From the NCBI GenBank assembly GCA_963764715.1, contig CAVXTP010000017.1, forward strand, positions 128,001 through 192,000: a stretch of 64,000 nucleotides of DNA, written 5' to 3'. A program made the translations under genes and the position numbers. Under the pieces are notes generated by a model. It did not search any database. It saw nothing but the letters and a program-made list of their open reading frames with translations, and was not told the DNA's origin. Below, in pieces: positions 27,767 to 39,337 of this stretch. Source of the DNA: an uncultured Acidobacteriota bacterium (GTDB lineage Bacteria > Acidobacteriota > Thermoanaerobaculia > UBA5066 > Gp7-AA6). The number at the start of each line of letters is the position of its first letter. Within the stretch, counting starts at the first letter, position 1.

Positions 27767-29124
27767 ATGGACGAATAGGCCTCAGGCCCGGGATTGATTG
27801 ACGATCGAGATGTCCCGATGCGGAGCCCGATGAGCAGCGTGAAAGCGGGAAACAGGCTCATCGTGATTCGGCGGAAGGCGCCGTCGATCGCATAGAGCGG
27901 GTTGAACGAGGACACGGAAAAGGCGACAGCGTACAGGGCGAGTTGAGCAAGGAATACCAGCAGCAGCGGATCACCCTCGCTCCGTCGGGTCACCAGAAAG
28001 AACGTTACGATCGCGAGCAAGGGCACGACCGCAGCTCGGGCTTCCACGCGGAGCATCCGTCCGACGACGAGCTCAAGAGATTCCAAGAGCTCTCTCCAAC
28101 GATCAGGAGCGAACCGCCCGAAGTCGAAATCTCGCCGTGTCTGATTTCCGCGCACGACGTACAGCAACCCCCAGTGCACGAGCGGAACACCGACGAGAGC
28201 CAGCGTGCCCGGCCACCATCGTGACATTCGCGACCGCCGCAGATTCCACGCGATAGCGAGCCCGAGCAACACCGCGAAGAGTGTGCCTTCCTGCTTCAGC
28301 GAGGCACAAAACAGCGCCGCCACGCCGAGCCGACCGACGGAGCCGGCGCCCGGCGATCGCAGGTAATCGACTGCGGCGGAGGTCGCAAGAACGAGGCCCA
28401 TGGCGAGCGGGATTTCCGCGGTCCCGGCGTTGACGGGCCGGTAGACAAAGAGGCACAACGACGCCAGGGTCACGGCCGCCGCGCCAGCAAGACCCGAGGC
28501 ACGACGGGCAAGCAACCCGGACAGTGCGAGGAGCGTGGCGAGCTCCACGGCCGGGAACAGCGCGGCCAACGCCTGCGAGTTCCAGTCCCCGATGAAGAAA
28601 CCGAGTGAAGCAAGAGAAAGCGGCACGAGGAGCGGGTATTCGCGGTGGGCGAAAAAGAGCGCCGGGTCATCGAAGAGCCGTCGCGGCACCTCCGACATGA
28701 GGAAGATCATCTTGCCCTTGTAGCCCCAGATCGCGAGGTAATCCGTCGACCACATGGGATCGGCCAGCGCACCGACCAGGAATGTGAACCAGGCAGTACC
28801 CGCGACGACTCCCAGGCCAAGCGCGAGCGCGCTACGCGGCGGCGCCGGGGACCGGATCGGAGCGCTGCCGTGCGGCCAGACGCTCCAGGCAATCACCGCG
28901 ACCAGTGCCTCCAGAAACCAGATCGAGAACGCGCTGGGCCGAATCCGGACTGCGAAGTGCAAGAGGATGATCGTGGCTTGCAGCAGCAAACCGCTGGCCA
29001 GCGCCCACGCCGCGCGTTCGCGGGGCCCGAGGTCCCTCGTGATGCCTCGGTTGATCGACCCGCCGGCGGCCGCGGCGGTCGCGAGGCCGAAGACGACTTT
29101 CAGCAGCGCGGCGGCGAGGATCAT
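27763..29124 (-). CDS. Polytopic membrane protein, probable GT-C (family 39-like) glycosyltransferase
   Basis: DYLAIWGYKGK, HREYPLLVP, LKQEG; more than 10 TM; ATGA overlap. Confidence 0.68.
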   Translation of the reverse strand: MILAAALLKVVFGLATAAAAGGSINRGITRDLGPRERAAWALASGLLLQATIILLHFAVRIRPSAFSIWFLEALVAVIAWSVWPHGSAPIRSPAPPRSALALGLGVVAGTAWFTFLVGALADPMWSTDYLAIWGYKGKMIFLMSEVPRRLFDDPALFFAHREYPLLVPLSLASLGFFIGDWNSQALAALFPAVELATLLALSGLLARRASGLAGAAAVTLASLCLFVYRPVNAGTAEIPLAMGLVLATSAAVDYLRSPGAGSVGRLGVAALFCASLKQEGTLFAVLLGLAIAWNLRRSRMSRWWPGTLALVGVPLVHWGLLYVVRGNQTRRDFDFGRFAPDRWRELLESLELVVGRMLRVEARAAVVPLLAIVTFFLVTRRSEGDPLLLVFLAQLALYAVAFSVSSFNPLYAIDGAFRRITMSLFPAFTLLIGLRIGTSRSSINPGPEAYSSI

Positions 29125-29555
29125 CTTCGGCAGAGCTCGCCGGGTCCCCGGATTAGCCCCGACGAAACCGCGCACGCCGTCGCTCGAAATCCGGCGAGGT
29201 AGTCCGCCTCGTCTCTGAGTCCTTCGTCGATGACCCTGCGGGGCGCGAGCTGATAGAGGGCCTGGTAACGGTACACATCCGGTCGTTTCGGGACAAACAG
29301 GGCGATCGTGGCGTCGTTCGGGGTCAACCGTTTCACTTCGCCCAGAAAGTCGGCGTAGCCAGGATCGAACCAGAAGCCCTTGCTCTCGCGAAGCGAGATC
29401 GAATCTCCCGACAGCGCTTTCTCTAGCGACCTCAGAGAGGCCCTTGTTTCCGACAATCTCCAGGGACTTGCGAGACACGCGCTGAGGACGAGGAGCGAAG
29501 CGGTCTCAAGACCTCGGCGCAGCCCGACTAGGGCCCGGGGGGGGGGGGGCGACAT
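29121..29555 (-). CDS. Membrane-anchored hypothetical protein with C13 tract right after the start codon
   Basis: MSPPPPR.., TM, Y..LY.LAPR motif; TACTGT 6 nt upstream of ATG. Confidence 0.58.
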   Translation of the reverse strand: MSPPPPRALVGLRRGLETASLLVLSACLASPWRLSETRASLRSLEKALSGDSISLRESKGFWFDPGYADFLGEVKRLTPNDATIALFVPKRPDVYRYQALYQLAPRRVIDEGLRDEADYLAGFRATACAVSSGLIRGPGELCRR

Positions 29556-29637
29556 TCAATAACAGTATTACGGAGCTCGGGGCGGCGACGCTCGGCTCAA
29601 TAGGGCCGAATCAGGTTCGCCGAGACGTTCGACGCCT

Positions 29638-30273
29638 CTAGGGCGCGGCGACGCGGTTGCGCAGGACGCCGACCCGCTCGATCTCGACTTCGACGACGTC
29701 GCCCGGGGAGAGCGGTCCGACGCCGGCGGGCGTGCCGGTCAGGATGAGGTCGCCCGGCTCGAGCGTCATCATCCGGGAGATGTAGGCGACGAGGAAAGCC
29801 GGCGAGAACACCATCGCCGACGTCCGCGAGGATTGCTTCACGACGCCGTTGTGGCGCGTCTCGATCGCGAGATCCGACGGGTCGACGCCCGAGACGATCT
29901 CCGGACCGACCGGACAGAACGTGTCGAACGACTTCGAGCGCGAGAACTGCTTGTCCTTCTTCTGGAGGTCGCGCGCCGTGACGTCGTTGGCGCAGCAGAC
30001 GCCGGCGAGGGCCTCGAGCCAGCGCTCCTGCGGCCAGGACTTGATGCGGCGGCCGATGACGAGGGCGAGCTCGCCCTCGTAGTCGACGCGCTCCGACTCC
30101 GGCGGGAGGACGATGTCCCCGCCGCCGAAGACGAGCGCCGACGGCGCCTTGAGAAAGAGCAACGGCTCGTCCTCGGGCGCGGCGCTTCCGAACTCGGCCG
30201 CGTGCTCGCGGTAGTTCTTGCCGACGGCGACGATCTTGGACGGGAAGGGCGGCGCGCCGTGAGAGCCGAACAC
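29638..30273 (-). CDS. Fumarylacetoacetate hydrolase family protein
   Basis: KIVAVGKNY..H, DYEGEL, NDVTARDLQ, KSFDTFCP, GDLILTGTP. Confidence 0.93.
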   Translation of the reverse strand: MFGSHGAPPFPSKIVAVGKNYREHAAEFGSAAPEDEPLLFLKAPSALVFGGGDIVLPPESERVDYEGELALVIGRRIKSWPQERWLEALAGVCCANDVTARDLQKKDKQFSRSKSFDTFCPVGPEIVSGVDPSDLAIETRHNGVVKQSSRTSAMVFSPAFLVAYISRMMTLEPGDLILTGTPAGVGPLSPGDVVEVEIERVGVLRNRVAAP

Positions 30274-30285
30274 CGCGATCGGACT

Positions 30286-30507
30286 CTAGCGCCCGACCTG
30301 ATAGACGGCGGGCTTGTAGCGCGGCGCCGGGACCGGCTTTCCGGCGGAGCGCGCCGCCTCGATCCAGGCCTCCCTGGCCCGCTCGACCTCCGCCAACGCC
30401 TCCTGCGGCGTCGGGCCGAGGGCGGAACAAGCCTCGAGGTCGGGGATGTCGGCCACGTAGGCGTGATCCTCGTCGCTGTAGAAGATGTTGATGTGGTAGT
30501 CGGTCAC
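30286..30507 (-). CDS. hicB: HicB family antitoxin (short form)
   Basis: YSDED..YVADIPDLEACSALGPTPQEAL. Confidence 0.9.
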   Translation of the reverse strand: MTDYHINIFYSDEDHAYVADIPDLEACSALGPTPQEALAEVERAREAWIEAARSAGKPVPAPRYKPAVYQVGR

Positions 30508-30755
30508 GGGCGAGGCTCCAGCTTCAAATTATAGCGTTCGACGAGACGAAGAAACTGGCGCACCTGGTAGGGCTTGGCCTCTCCGCCGACCTCCTGGATG
30601 TTGATGAGCTCGGCGAGCCCCGGGTGGCTGAAGATGTGGTGGCTCCCCGCCGTCCGAACGAGAGCGAATCTCATGGTCTCGAGCAAGCGACGCAGGTCGG
30701 GAAATGCGACGTTCTGAACCGCGCCGCCGGAGATTCTCCGAAGATAGGGCCTCAG
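30504..30755 (-). CDS. hicA: HicA family toxin (start uncertain; CTG or frameshifted)
   Basis: GSHHIFSHP, NIQ..GEAKPYQVRQ; GTGA overlap with hicB. Confidence 0.85.
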   Translation of the reverse strand: MRPYLRRISGGAVQNVAFPDLRRLLETMRFALVRTAGSHHIFSHPGLAELINIQEVGGEAKPYQVRQFLRLVERYNLKLEPRP

Positions 30756-30772
30756 GTTTCAGCTTCTCCCCC

Positions 30773-31603
30773 TCACGCCTGCCAGGCCTCTTCGAGGAGC
30801 TCGCCGGCGTAGACCTCGCGCGCGTCGCCCGTCAGGCGCACGCCCGTGAAATTGTCCTTCTCGTCCGAGAACTCGACGACGAGGTCCACACCGCTCTTCG
30901 TCTCGCAAACGACGGGCGAAACGGCGAGGCCCTGGCGGCCGGCGACGATCGCCGCGGCGACGACACCCGAGCCGCACGAGAGCGTTTCGCCCTCGACGCC
31001 CCGCTCCCAGGTCCGGACCTGGATGCGGTTGTCCTTGCCCGCGCGCACGAAGTTGGCGTTGGCGCCCTCGGGCATGGCGGGATGGTGCCGGACGAGCGGC
31101 CCCAGCCGCTCGATGTCCATCTTCGAGAGGTCTCCGCGCATGAAGACCACGAGGTGCGGCACGCCGATCTTCATGGGGATCGCCGTGGGAGGAAGGCCCT
31201 TTCCGGAGATGGGAACGGGATCCGTGGGCGCCGGAACGGTCGGGAGGGCGAGCGTCACGCTGTCTCCTTCGACCCGGGCGGCGATCGGGCCCCAGCCCGT
31301 CTCGAGAACGAGGCTCGGGCCCGAGGCGAGGCCGTGTCGAACCGCATAGCGCGCCGCGCACCGGGTGCCGTTGGCGCAGAACGTGGCGGGGCCGCCGTCG
31401 GAGTTGTAGTAGTCGAGGCGGACCCGTCCGGGGCCGTCCGGCGAAAGAAAGAGCGCCCCGTCGGCGCCGACGGAAAGCCCCCGGCGGCAGACGAGCGCGA
31501 GGCGCTGGCGGGCCCCTTCCGAGAGCGACCGGCCGTCAGCCTCGAAAACGAGGAAGTCGTTTCCGCCGCCGGCCATCTTGATGAATTTCGCGGGCAGGGA
31601 CAT
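30773..31603 (-). CDS. dapF: Diaminopimelate epimerase
   Basis: KMAGGGNDF, GADG, FCANGTRC, GVPH, ERGVEGETLSCGSG. Confidence 0.95.
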   Translation of the reverse strand: MSLPAKFIKMAGGGNDFLVFEADGRSLSEGARQRLALVCRRGLSVGADGALFLSPDGPGRVRLDYYNSDGGPATFCANGTRCAARYAVRHGLASGPSLVLETGWGPIAARVEGDSVTLALPTVPAPTDPVPISGKGLPPTAIPMKIGVPHLVVFMRGDLSKMDIERLGPLVRHHPAMPEGANANFVRAGKDNRIQVRTWERGVEGETLSCGSGVVAAAIVAGRQGLAVSPVVCETKSGVDLVVEFSDEKDNFTGVRLTGDAREVYAGELLEEAWQA

Positions 31604-31696
31604 GGGAGCGGGAGTGTAAACGATGCGCGAAGGGTTTCGGCGGCCTGTTGATTGCCGGCCTTCCGGGGTCCCCGGCGACCGAAGCCGCTCAAACCG

Positions 31697-32895
31697 TCAG
31701 AACGGCTCGGCCACGGCTCGCGGGGAGGGGGCGCTCTGGTTGCCGGCGCGGTCGACCGCGCGGACCGTATAGACGTATTTCCTGCCGGGCCGCGCGGCGA
31801 GGTCGTTGAAGTAGGGGTCGAGGATGGGCTCCTTCGTCAGCTGCACCGGCGGCCCGCCGGCGTCCGACCGGAACACGAGGTAGCCGGCGAGGTCGGGCGA
31901 ATCGACCGGGTCCCACAGGAGACGGACGAGGTTGCCTTCCGAGAGCGCGTCGACGCGCGTGGGCGACCTGGGGGGATAGATGTCGCGCGGCTCCGCGACG
32001 ATCTCGTCGGCCGGCAGGCCCTCGACCTTCGGATTTTTCGCGAGCACGGCCCGCACGGTGTAGGCGAGCGGGACCCCGTATGGGGCCGTCAGGTCGACGA
32101 AGGACGTCCCGAGAACCGGGGTCGCCGTGAGGGGCGCCTCGTACGCTTCCTGCGCCAGCGGACGCCGGTAGACGCGGTACCCGCCGATCTCGACCGGCTG
32201 CTGCAGGACGTTCTTCGTCGGCGCGGTCCATTCGAGGCAGACGCGCCCTTCCTCGAGAAGCGGCGGCATGAGCTCGGGCGCCTGCGGGGCGATCTCGGGG
32301 TCGAGGACGACGATGTTCGACAGGGGGCTGCGCTCGCCGTTCTTCCTCACCGAGACGACGGCGTAAGCCAGCGGCGAAGGGCCCTTTTCCTGCGTGAAGA
32401 GCGTCCGGATCGAATCGCGATAGACGACCGAGGCGCCCCGCGTGGCTTCGGCGATCGCGGCAAGATCGAGGCCCGCCACGAGGCCCGCGTCCCGGTAGAA
32501 GGCTTCCTCGGCCAGGCGCACGTTCGTCGCCGTCCGTCGCGCGGTCGTTCCGAGGCCGCGCAGCTCGCCCGTCGATCCCGCCGACGGCGGCGCCGGCGCC
32601 GGGCCGGCCGCCGCGCGCGGGGGCGCCGTCAGGGACGCCGACGGATTGACGACCCGGTACACCTCGATCGCGCCGAGGTCCGTCAGCGGGGCGCCGGTCT
32701 GGAGCCGGTCCGGGAACGTGAACTTCAGGACGGCGTCGTCACCCTCCTGCTCGACGGCGAGGTCCTTGACGGCGTTGGGCCCGCGCGGCAGCGGAGGCTG
32801 CGGATCGCCCTTCTTGCCGCAGGCGAGGAGGGTGAGGGAAATTCCGAAGGCGAGAACCCGGGTGGCCGTCCGCCGTCCGCCGTCCGCCGTCCGGC

Positions 32896-32899
<4 letters not shown>
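31697..32899 (-). CDS. Lipoprotein with fibronectin type III-like domains
   Basis: Lipobox LLAC followed by GKKGDPQPP; W..V...[23 protein letters not shown]. Confidence 0.8.
32865..32892. repeat. Heptamer tandem repeat (GCCGTCC)x4
   Basis: Four perfect copies at the hslU/lipoprotein junction. Confidence 0.85.
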
Positions 32900-34253
<1,354 letters not shown>

Positions 34254-34254
<1 letters not shown>

Positions 34255-34790
34255 CAAAGCTCCTCGAGCGTGATGTGGTCGTTGGTGTAGATGTCGATCT
34301 GCGAGGCGACGAGCAGGGACTCGCGCGCGACGTCCGAGGCCGACATGTCCGGCCGGTGCTTGAGCAGCGCGCGCGCCGCGGCGAGGGCGTAGGCGCCGCC
34401 CGAGCCGATCGCCAGGACTCCCTCCTCGGGCGAGATCAGGTCGCCGGTGCCGGAGATCAGCAGGGAACTCTGGCGGTCCGCGACGATCAGAAGCGCCTCG
34501 AGCTGGCGGAGCATCTTGTCCGTCCGCCAGTCCTTGGCGAGCTCGATCGCCGAGCGCTCGAGGTTGCCGCGGTGCTCGTCGAGCTTGGCCTCGAAGCGCG
34601 AGAAAAGCGCGAACGCGTCGGCCGAAGATCCGGCGAATCCGGCGATGACGGAGCCCCCCGCGAGCCGGCGGATCTTCGCCGCCGTCTGCTTCATGACGGT
34701 GGTTCCGAGGGTCACCTGGCCGTCCGAGGCCATCGCCACTTTCCCGTCCCGGCGCACGCACAGGACGGTCGTGGAATGCCACTTTTGCAT
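34254..34790 (-). CDS. hslV: ATP-dependent protease peptidase subunit HslV
   Basis: [29 protein letters not shown]. Confidence 0.97.
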
Positions 34791-34804
34791 CGGAAGGAGG
34801 ATAC

Positions 34805-34881
34805 AGCAGGAGGCAGACGGCAGGAGGCGGGAGGCAGGGAACGGATCCGGTCCTGCCTACTGCTTCCTGCCTCCTGCCTCC
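34805..34881. repeat. Heptamer-array hairpin (AGGCAGG)n / (CCTGCCT)n
   Basis: About 5 imperfect AGGCAGG units, short loop, about 4 complementary units; overlaps the stop of the S41 gene. Confidence 0.82.
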
Positions 34882-36113
34882 TTGTCACCGAGCACCTTGA
34901 TCGCCGCCTCGATGATCGAGTCTTCCTGTCCCTCACCCGCGCCCGGCCGGTCCGCCACCGTCACGTCCGGATCGACGCCCCGACCCTCGTAGCTCTTCCC
35001 GTCCAGGCTCTCGATCGAGCGCTCGGAGAACCAGAGTGTCGAGCCGTCGGAGAGCCGCACGGCGGAGGCGCCGCCGCTCGCCATCCCGGCAGTCGTCTCG
35101 CCGACGATCGGTCCGATCGAGTGCGCGCGGAACTTCAGGGCGAGCGCCTCGGCGTTCGACGCGGTCCCCGAGTTCGTCAGGAGCGCGACGGGTAGGGGCT
35201 TGTATTCCGGCGGCACCAGGCGCTTCGCGTCGCGGTCGACGACGTAGTAGTCGGCCGTGTCCCAGCGGCCACGCAGGAAGGTCGCCAGGATGTTGGGGTC
35301 GTAGCCGCCGCTGTTGCCGCGCACGTCGAGGAGAAATCCGGCGATCGCCGGCCAGTCCGAGAGGCCCGCGCGCCCCTGCGCCGCGAGCGAGCGGTCCGAG
35401 AGCATGTCGACGACGACGAGCGCGGTCTCGGCGCTCATGCCCCAGAGCCGCGCGTAGCCCCAGGCCTTGCCGCCGCGCCGGATGACCTTCGCGCTCTTCC
35501 AGGCGAGCGCGTCGCCCGCTTCCTCGGGCGTCCGGACGAGACGGTCGGTCCGCGGCGCTTCGCCCGGCCGCTGCCACGAGACGCTGACCGCGGAGCCGGC
35601 CGGCCCTTCGAAGACGAGGAAGAGGTCGCGGAAGTTGACGCGGCCGGCGCCGTACGGGCGGCCGTCGACCGAGAGGATGCGGTCGCCGATCCGAAGACCC
35701 GCGCGCTCGGCGGAGCTCCCGGGGACGACGCCCTTGACGGCATAGCCGCCGGAGTCCTGCCCGATCCGCAGCCCCGCCGTCGCCCAGGCGCGCTCGGGCA
35801 GCCGGCCCGTCGGCACGCGGAACGTGTGCGAGTCGTTCAGCGTCGCGAGCAGGCGGTCGTAGATCGCGTCCTGGTCGGCTTGCGACGGCGCCGGCGACGC
35901 CGCGAGCTCCGAGGCCGCCCTCGCGACCGCCGGGCTCCAGTCGACGCCCTTGAGCTTCGGGTCGTAGAAGCGCTCGCGGATCGTCCGGTCGATCTCGGCG
36001 AGGACGGGAGGCCGCGCGGCCGGCGCGGGCTGCCCTTCCGCCGGACCGCTCACGAGCAGCCCGAGGACGAGGCCGCCGGCGCCGAGCGCCCGGCTAAGCC
36101 TTCGGATGCGCAT
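34857..36113 (-). CDS. S41 family C-terminal processing protease with PDZ domain
   Basis: Signal peptide, [39 protein letters not shown]. Confidence 0.9.
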   Translation of the reverse strand: MRIRRLSRALGAGGLVLGLLVSGPAEGQPAPAARPPVLAEIDRTIRERFYDPKLKGVDWSPAVARAASELAASPAPSQADQDAIYDRLLATLNDSHTFRVPTGRLPERAWATAGLRIGQDSGGYAVKGVVPGSSAERAGLRIGDRILSVDGRPYGAGRVNFRDLFLVFEGPAGSAVSVSWQRPGEAPRTDRLVRTPEEAGDALAWKSAKVIRRGGKAWGYARLWGMSAETALVVVDMLSDRSLAAQGRAGLSDWPAIAGFLLDVRGNSGGYDPNILATFLRGRWDTADYYVVDRDAKRLVPPEYKPLPVALLTNSGTASNAEALALKFRAHSIGPIVGETTAGMASGGASAVRLSDGSTLWFSERSIESLDGKSYEGRGVDPDVTVADRPGAGEGQEDSIIEAAIKVLGDKEAGGRKQ

Positions 36114-37017
36114 TCCGGTACACCTCGGCGAGCCTCGCGGCGTCCAGGTGCGTGTACTTCTGAGTCGTCGAGAGCGAGGCGTGGCCCAGGAGCTCCTGGA
36201 TCGCGCGCAGATCCGCGCCGGCCTGCAGCAGGTGCGTGGCGAACGTGTGTCGCAGCGCGTGCGGCGAGATCTCCTCGGGCAGCCCGGCCGCGCGGAGCCG
36301 CCGCTTCAGAAGCCGCGCCATCGAGCGCGGAGTCAGGCGCCCGCCGCGGGCGTTGACGAAGAGGGGCCGGGCGCGGCCGGCGTCGGGGGCGCGGTGGCGC
36401 AGCGCGTCGCGCGAGGGAAGGTACTCGCGCAGCGCCATGTCGGCCGCGTCGCCGAAGGGCACGATGCGCTGGCGGCTCCCCTTCCCCGTGACGCGGAGGA
36501 GCCGCGCGCCGAAGTCGACGTCCTCGAGGTCGAGACCCGCCACCTCCGAGACGCGCAGGCCCGTGGCGTAGAGGAGCTCGAAGAGCGCGCGCTCGCGCTC
36601 GGGCACGAAGGTCTCGTCCTCGTCGGCGGCGAGGAGCTTCTCCGTATCGGGCAGCGTCATCGCTCGCGGGAGCGCCTTCGGCACCCGCGGCGACGGGAGG
36701 CCTCGCGCCGGGTTCTTCTCGAGATGGGCCTCGCGGCAGGCCCACCGGAAGAAAGAGCGCAGCGTCGACAGGTGCCGGGCGAGCGACCGGTTCACGAGGC
36801 CGTCCCGGTGGAGGTGGGCGAGGTAGGACCGCACGGCGAGCGTGTCGACCCTGGAGAGAGGGGTCTTCGCGGCCGGCTGGTTGGCGAACTCGTTCTCCCA
36901 GAAGGCGACGAACCGCGCCAGGTCTTTTCCGTAGGCCTCGACCGTCCGGGGCGAGAAGCGTCGCTCGTCGGCCACGTAGCTCGCAAAGCCGTCGATCGCC
37001 CGCGAAAGCGAGATCAC
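36094..37017 (-). CDS. xerC: Tyrosine recombinase XerC
   Basis: LYATGLRVSE, GKG, SPHALRHTFATH, LGHASLSTTQKYT; context next to hslVU. Confidence 0.92.
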   Translation of the reverse strand: MISLSRAIDGFASYVADERRFSPRTVEAYGKDLARFVAFWENEFANQPAAKTPLSRVDTLAVRSYLAHLHRDGLVNRSLARHLSTLRSFFRWACREAHLEKNPARGLPSPRVPKALPRAMTLPDTEKLLAADEDETFVPERERALFELLYATGLRVSEVAGLDLEDVDFGARLLRVTGKGSRQRIVPFGDAADMALREYLPSRDALRHRAPDAGRARPLFVNARGGRLTPRSMARLLKRRLRAAGLPEEISPHALRHTFATHLLQAGADLRAIQELLGHASLSTTQKYTHLDAARLAEVYRNAHPKA

Positions 37018-37065
37018 GCCCGGACAGTGTAGCGCGCCGGAACGCCGGCCTTAGAATCCCTCGCC

Positions 37066-38334
37066 ATGGAACTGCGACCGTTTCGCTCGATCCGGTTCTC
37101 GCCGCGCGTGATCCGCGAGCGGGGGCTCTCCCAGGTCTTCGCACCCCCCTACGACCAGATCTCTCCGGAGCTCCAGGACCGTCTCTACGCGCAGGCGCCC
37201 GAGAACATCGTGCGCATCACGTACCCGAAGAAGGACGGCGACCCGTACGCCGAGGCCGCGAAGACGCAGGCCGAGTGGCTCGCGTCCGGGATCCTCGAGA
37301 AGGAGCGCCGTCCCGCGCTCTGGAACTACCGCCAGACGTTCGCCGAAGGCGGGAAGACCTACGTCCGCGAGGCGCTCGTCGGCCTCGTCCGCCTCGAGGA
37401 GTACGAGGGGGGATCGATCCGTCCGCACGAGCGGACGCTCGCCAAGCCGAAAGCGGACCGGCTCGCCCTGCTGTCGGCGACGAAGGCGGACCTGGAGCTG
37501 ATCTTCCTTTTGACGCGCGCTCCCCTTTCGGCGGCGCTCGACACGCGGCGCACGCCGAACCTCTCGGCCGAGAGCCCGGACGGCGTGCGCCACGACGCCT
37601 TCCGCATCTCGGACTACGCCGCGCACGTCGACCTCCAGGGCCTCGTCAAGAACGCCGAGTCGATCATCGCCGACGGCCATCACCGCTACGAGACGGCGCT
37701 GGCCTTCTCGAAGGACCCGGCCGCGGAGAAGCTCCCCGGCGCGAAGTACAAGCTCTGCGCGATCGTCGACATGGCCTCGCCCGGCGTGATCGTGCGGCCG
37801 ATCCACCGGCTCCTCTTCGGCATGACGGACTTCCGGCCGGTCCGCACGCTGCACGCCGCACGCGATTACTTCGAGCTCAAGGAGTTCGACTCGCCGGTGG
37901 CGGCGCTCGCCGCCCTCGAAGCCCATGCCCGGCGGTTTCCGGCGTTCGTCCTCTACGCCCCGCCGTCGAAGGCCGTGCTGATGACGCTCAAGGAGAAGCC
38001 CGAGACGCTGCCGTGGCCCGAGGGCCGCTCGGAGGAGTGGAAGGCGCTCGACGTCGCGGCCCTGGAGGTGGCGTTCTTCGACAAGCTGCTCGGCATCCGC
38101 ACCGACGCGATCGCGCAAGGCGAGCGGATCTCGTTCACCTCCGACGCCGCGGCCGCGATCGCCGCCGTCGACGGCGCAAAGGCGCAGGCCGCCATCCTGA
38201 TGCGGCCGACGACGGTCTCCGACGTCGAGGCGGTCGTGGGCTCGGGCGACCGCCTGCCGCAGAAGTCGACGCACTTCTTTCCGAAGATGTACTCGGGCCT
38301 TTTCGGCGTATCCCTCGAGGACGCGGTGTATTAG
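37066..38334 (+). CDS. DUF1015 family protein
   Basis: APPYDQI, IRPHERT, IADGHHRYETA, LPQKSTHFFPK. Confidence 0.92.
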   Translation: MELRPFRSIRFSPRVIRERGLSQVFAPPYDQISPELQDRLYAQAPENIVRITYPKKDGDPYAEAAKTQAEWLASGILEKERRPALWNYRQTFAEGGKTYVREALVGLVRLEEYEGGSIRPHERTLAKPKADRLALLSATKADLELIFLLTRAPLSAALDTRRTPNLSAESPDGVRHDAFRISDYAAHVDLQGLVKNAESIIADGHHRYETALAFSKDPAAEKLPGAKYKLCAIVDMASPGVIVRPIHRLLFGMTDFRPVRTLHAARDYFELKEFDSPVAALAALEAHARRFPAFVLYAPPSKAVLMTLKEKPETLPWPEGRSEEWKALDVAALEVAFFDKLLGIRTDAIAQGERISFTSDAAAAIAAVDGAKAQAAILMRPTTVSDVEAVVGSGDRLPQKSTHFFPKMYSGLFGVSLEDAVY

Positions 38335-38337
38335 ATG

Positions 38338-38429
38338 GGGGTCAGGTCTTCATTTTTCGGATAATCACGGCGAACTCGGGCCGGCAAGAAGCGCCCGCGC
38401 AGAAATCCGAAAAATGAAGATCTGACCCC
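38338..38429. repeat. 92-bp element bounded by 25-bp inverted repeats (GGGGTCAG type; REPIN/MITE-like)
   Basis: GGGGTCAGGTCTTCATTTTTCGGAT ... ATCCGAAAAATGAAGATCTGACCCC, 24/25 match. Confidence 0.85.
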
Positions 38430-38440
38430 GTAAGAAGTCG

Positions 38441-39253
38441 ATGACAGTCAAGGAGTTGACCTCTCGCGCGGCAGAGGCGTTGGCGCAGGGGCGCGCGGCG
38501 GACGCCGTCGCGGCGTGCGAGGAGGCGCTGGCGCTCGAGCCCGACTGCCTTCCCGCCCACGTCTGCATGGCGAGGGCGAAGCTTCCGGGCGACGACTACC
38601 TCGCGCACCTGGCGCGATTCCACGAGGCGCTCGCGCCGCGCGTGTACCTCGAGATCGGCGTCGACGCGGGGCGCACGCTCTCGCTCGCCCGGCCGCCGAC
38701 GCTCGCCCTCGGCGTCGATCCGACCGCGAAGGAAGGCTTCCCCTTCGTTGCGCCGACGCGTCTCTTTCCGGTCGAGAGCGACGTCTTCTTCTCGTCCGGG
38801 CAGGCCGCCGAAGCGCTCGCCGGCCGGCCGGTCGATCTCGCCTTCGTCGACGGCCTTCATCTCTTCGAGCAGGCCCTGCGCGACTTCATCCACGTCGAAC
38901 GCCGCGCTGCGCCGGAGTCCGTCGTCCTCTTCCACGACTGCCTGCCCCTGACGCCGGCGACCGCCGCGCGCAACCGCACGACGGGATTCTGGTCCGGCGA
39001 CGTGTGGAAAATCGTTCCGATCCTCCGGCGCCTGCGGCCGGACCTGACCGTGTTCCTGATCCCCGCCTACCCGACGGGGCTCCTCGCCGTGACCCGCCTC
39101 GATCCCGCATCGCGGGCCCTCGAAGAGGGCCGTGCCGCCGCGGTCGAGGAGTGGCGCGAAAAAGACTGGCGCGGCGGGCCCGATGACCCGCCGCTCCCGA
39201 TCATTCCCAACCGCTGGGAGGACGTGCGCGCGCGGCTCGGGCGGCGCGGCTGA
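38441..39253 (+). CDS. Class I SAM-dependent methyltransferase (Methyltransf_24-like) with N-terminal TPR
   Basis: YLEIGV, DLAFVDGLHLFEQ, FHDCLP, WSGDVWK. Confidence 0.85.
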   Translation: MTVKELTSRAAEALAQGRAADAVAACEEALALEPDCLPAHVCMARAKLPGDDYLAHLARFHEALAPRVYLEIGVDAGRTLSLARPPTLALGVDPTAKEGFPFVAPTRLFPVESDVFFSSGQAAEALAGRPVDLAFVDGLHLFEQALRDFIHVERRAAPESVVLFHDCLPLTPATAARNRTTGFWSGDVWKIVPILRRLRPDLTVFLIPAYPTGLLAVTRLDPASRALEEGRAAAVEEWREKDWRGGPDDPPLPIIPNRWEDVRARLGRRG

Positions 39254-39337
39254 GGAAGGGCGGGGACAGTCCGACCACCAGCGAGTGACCCCCGGCAGTA
39301 GGAGACGCCGTCCGAAGGACGGCGGCCACCCCCGCCC

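Noticed and set aside
36094-37017. Tyrosine recombinase as a prophage or island integrase
   Set aside because: Size, motifs and hslVU context fit housekeeping XerC; no att sites or phage genes seen.
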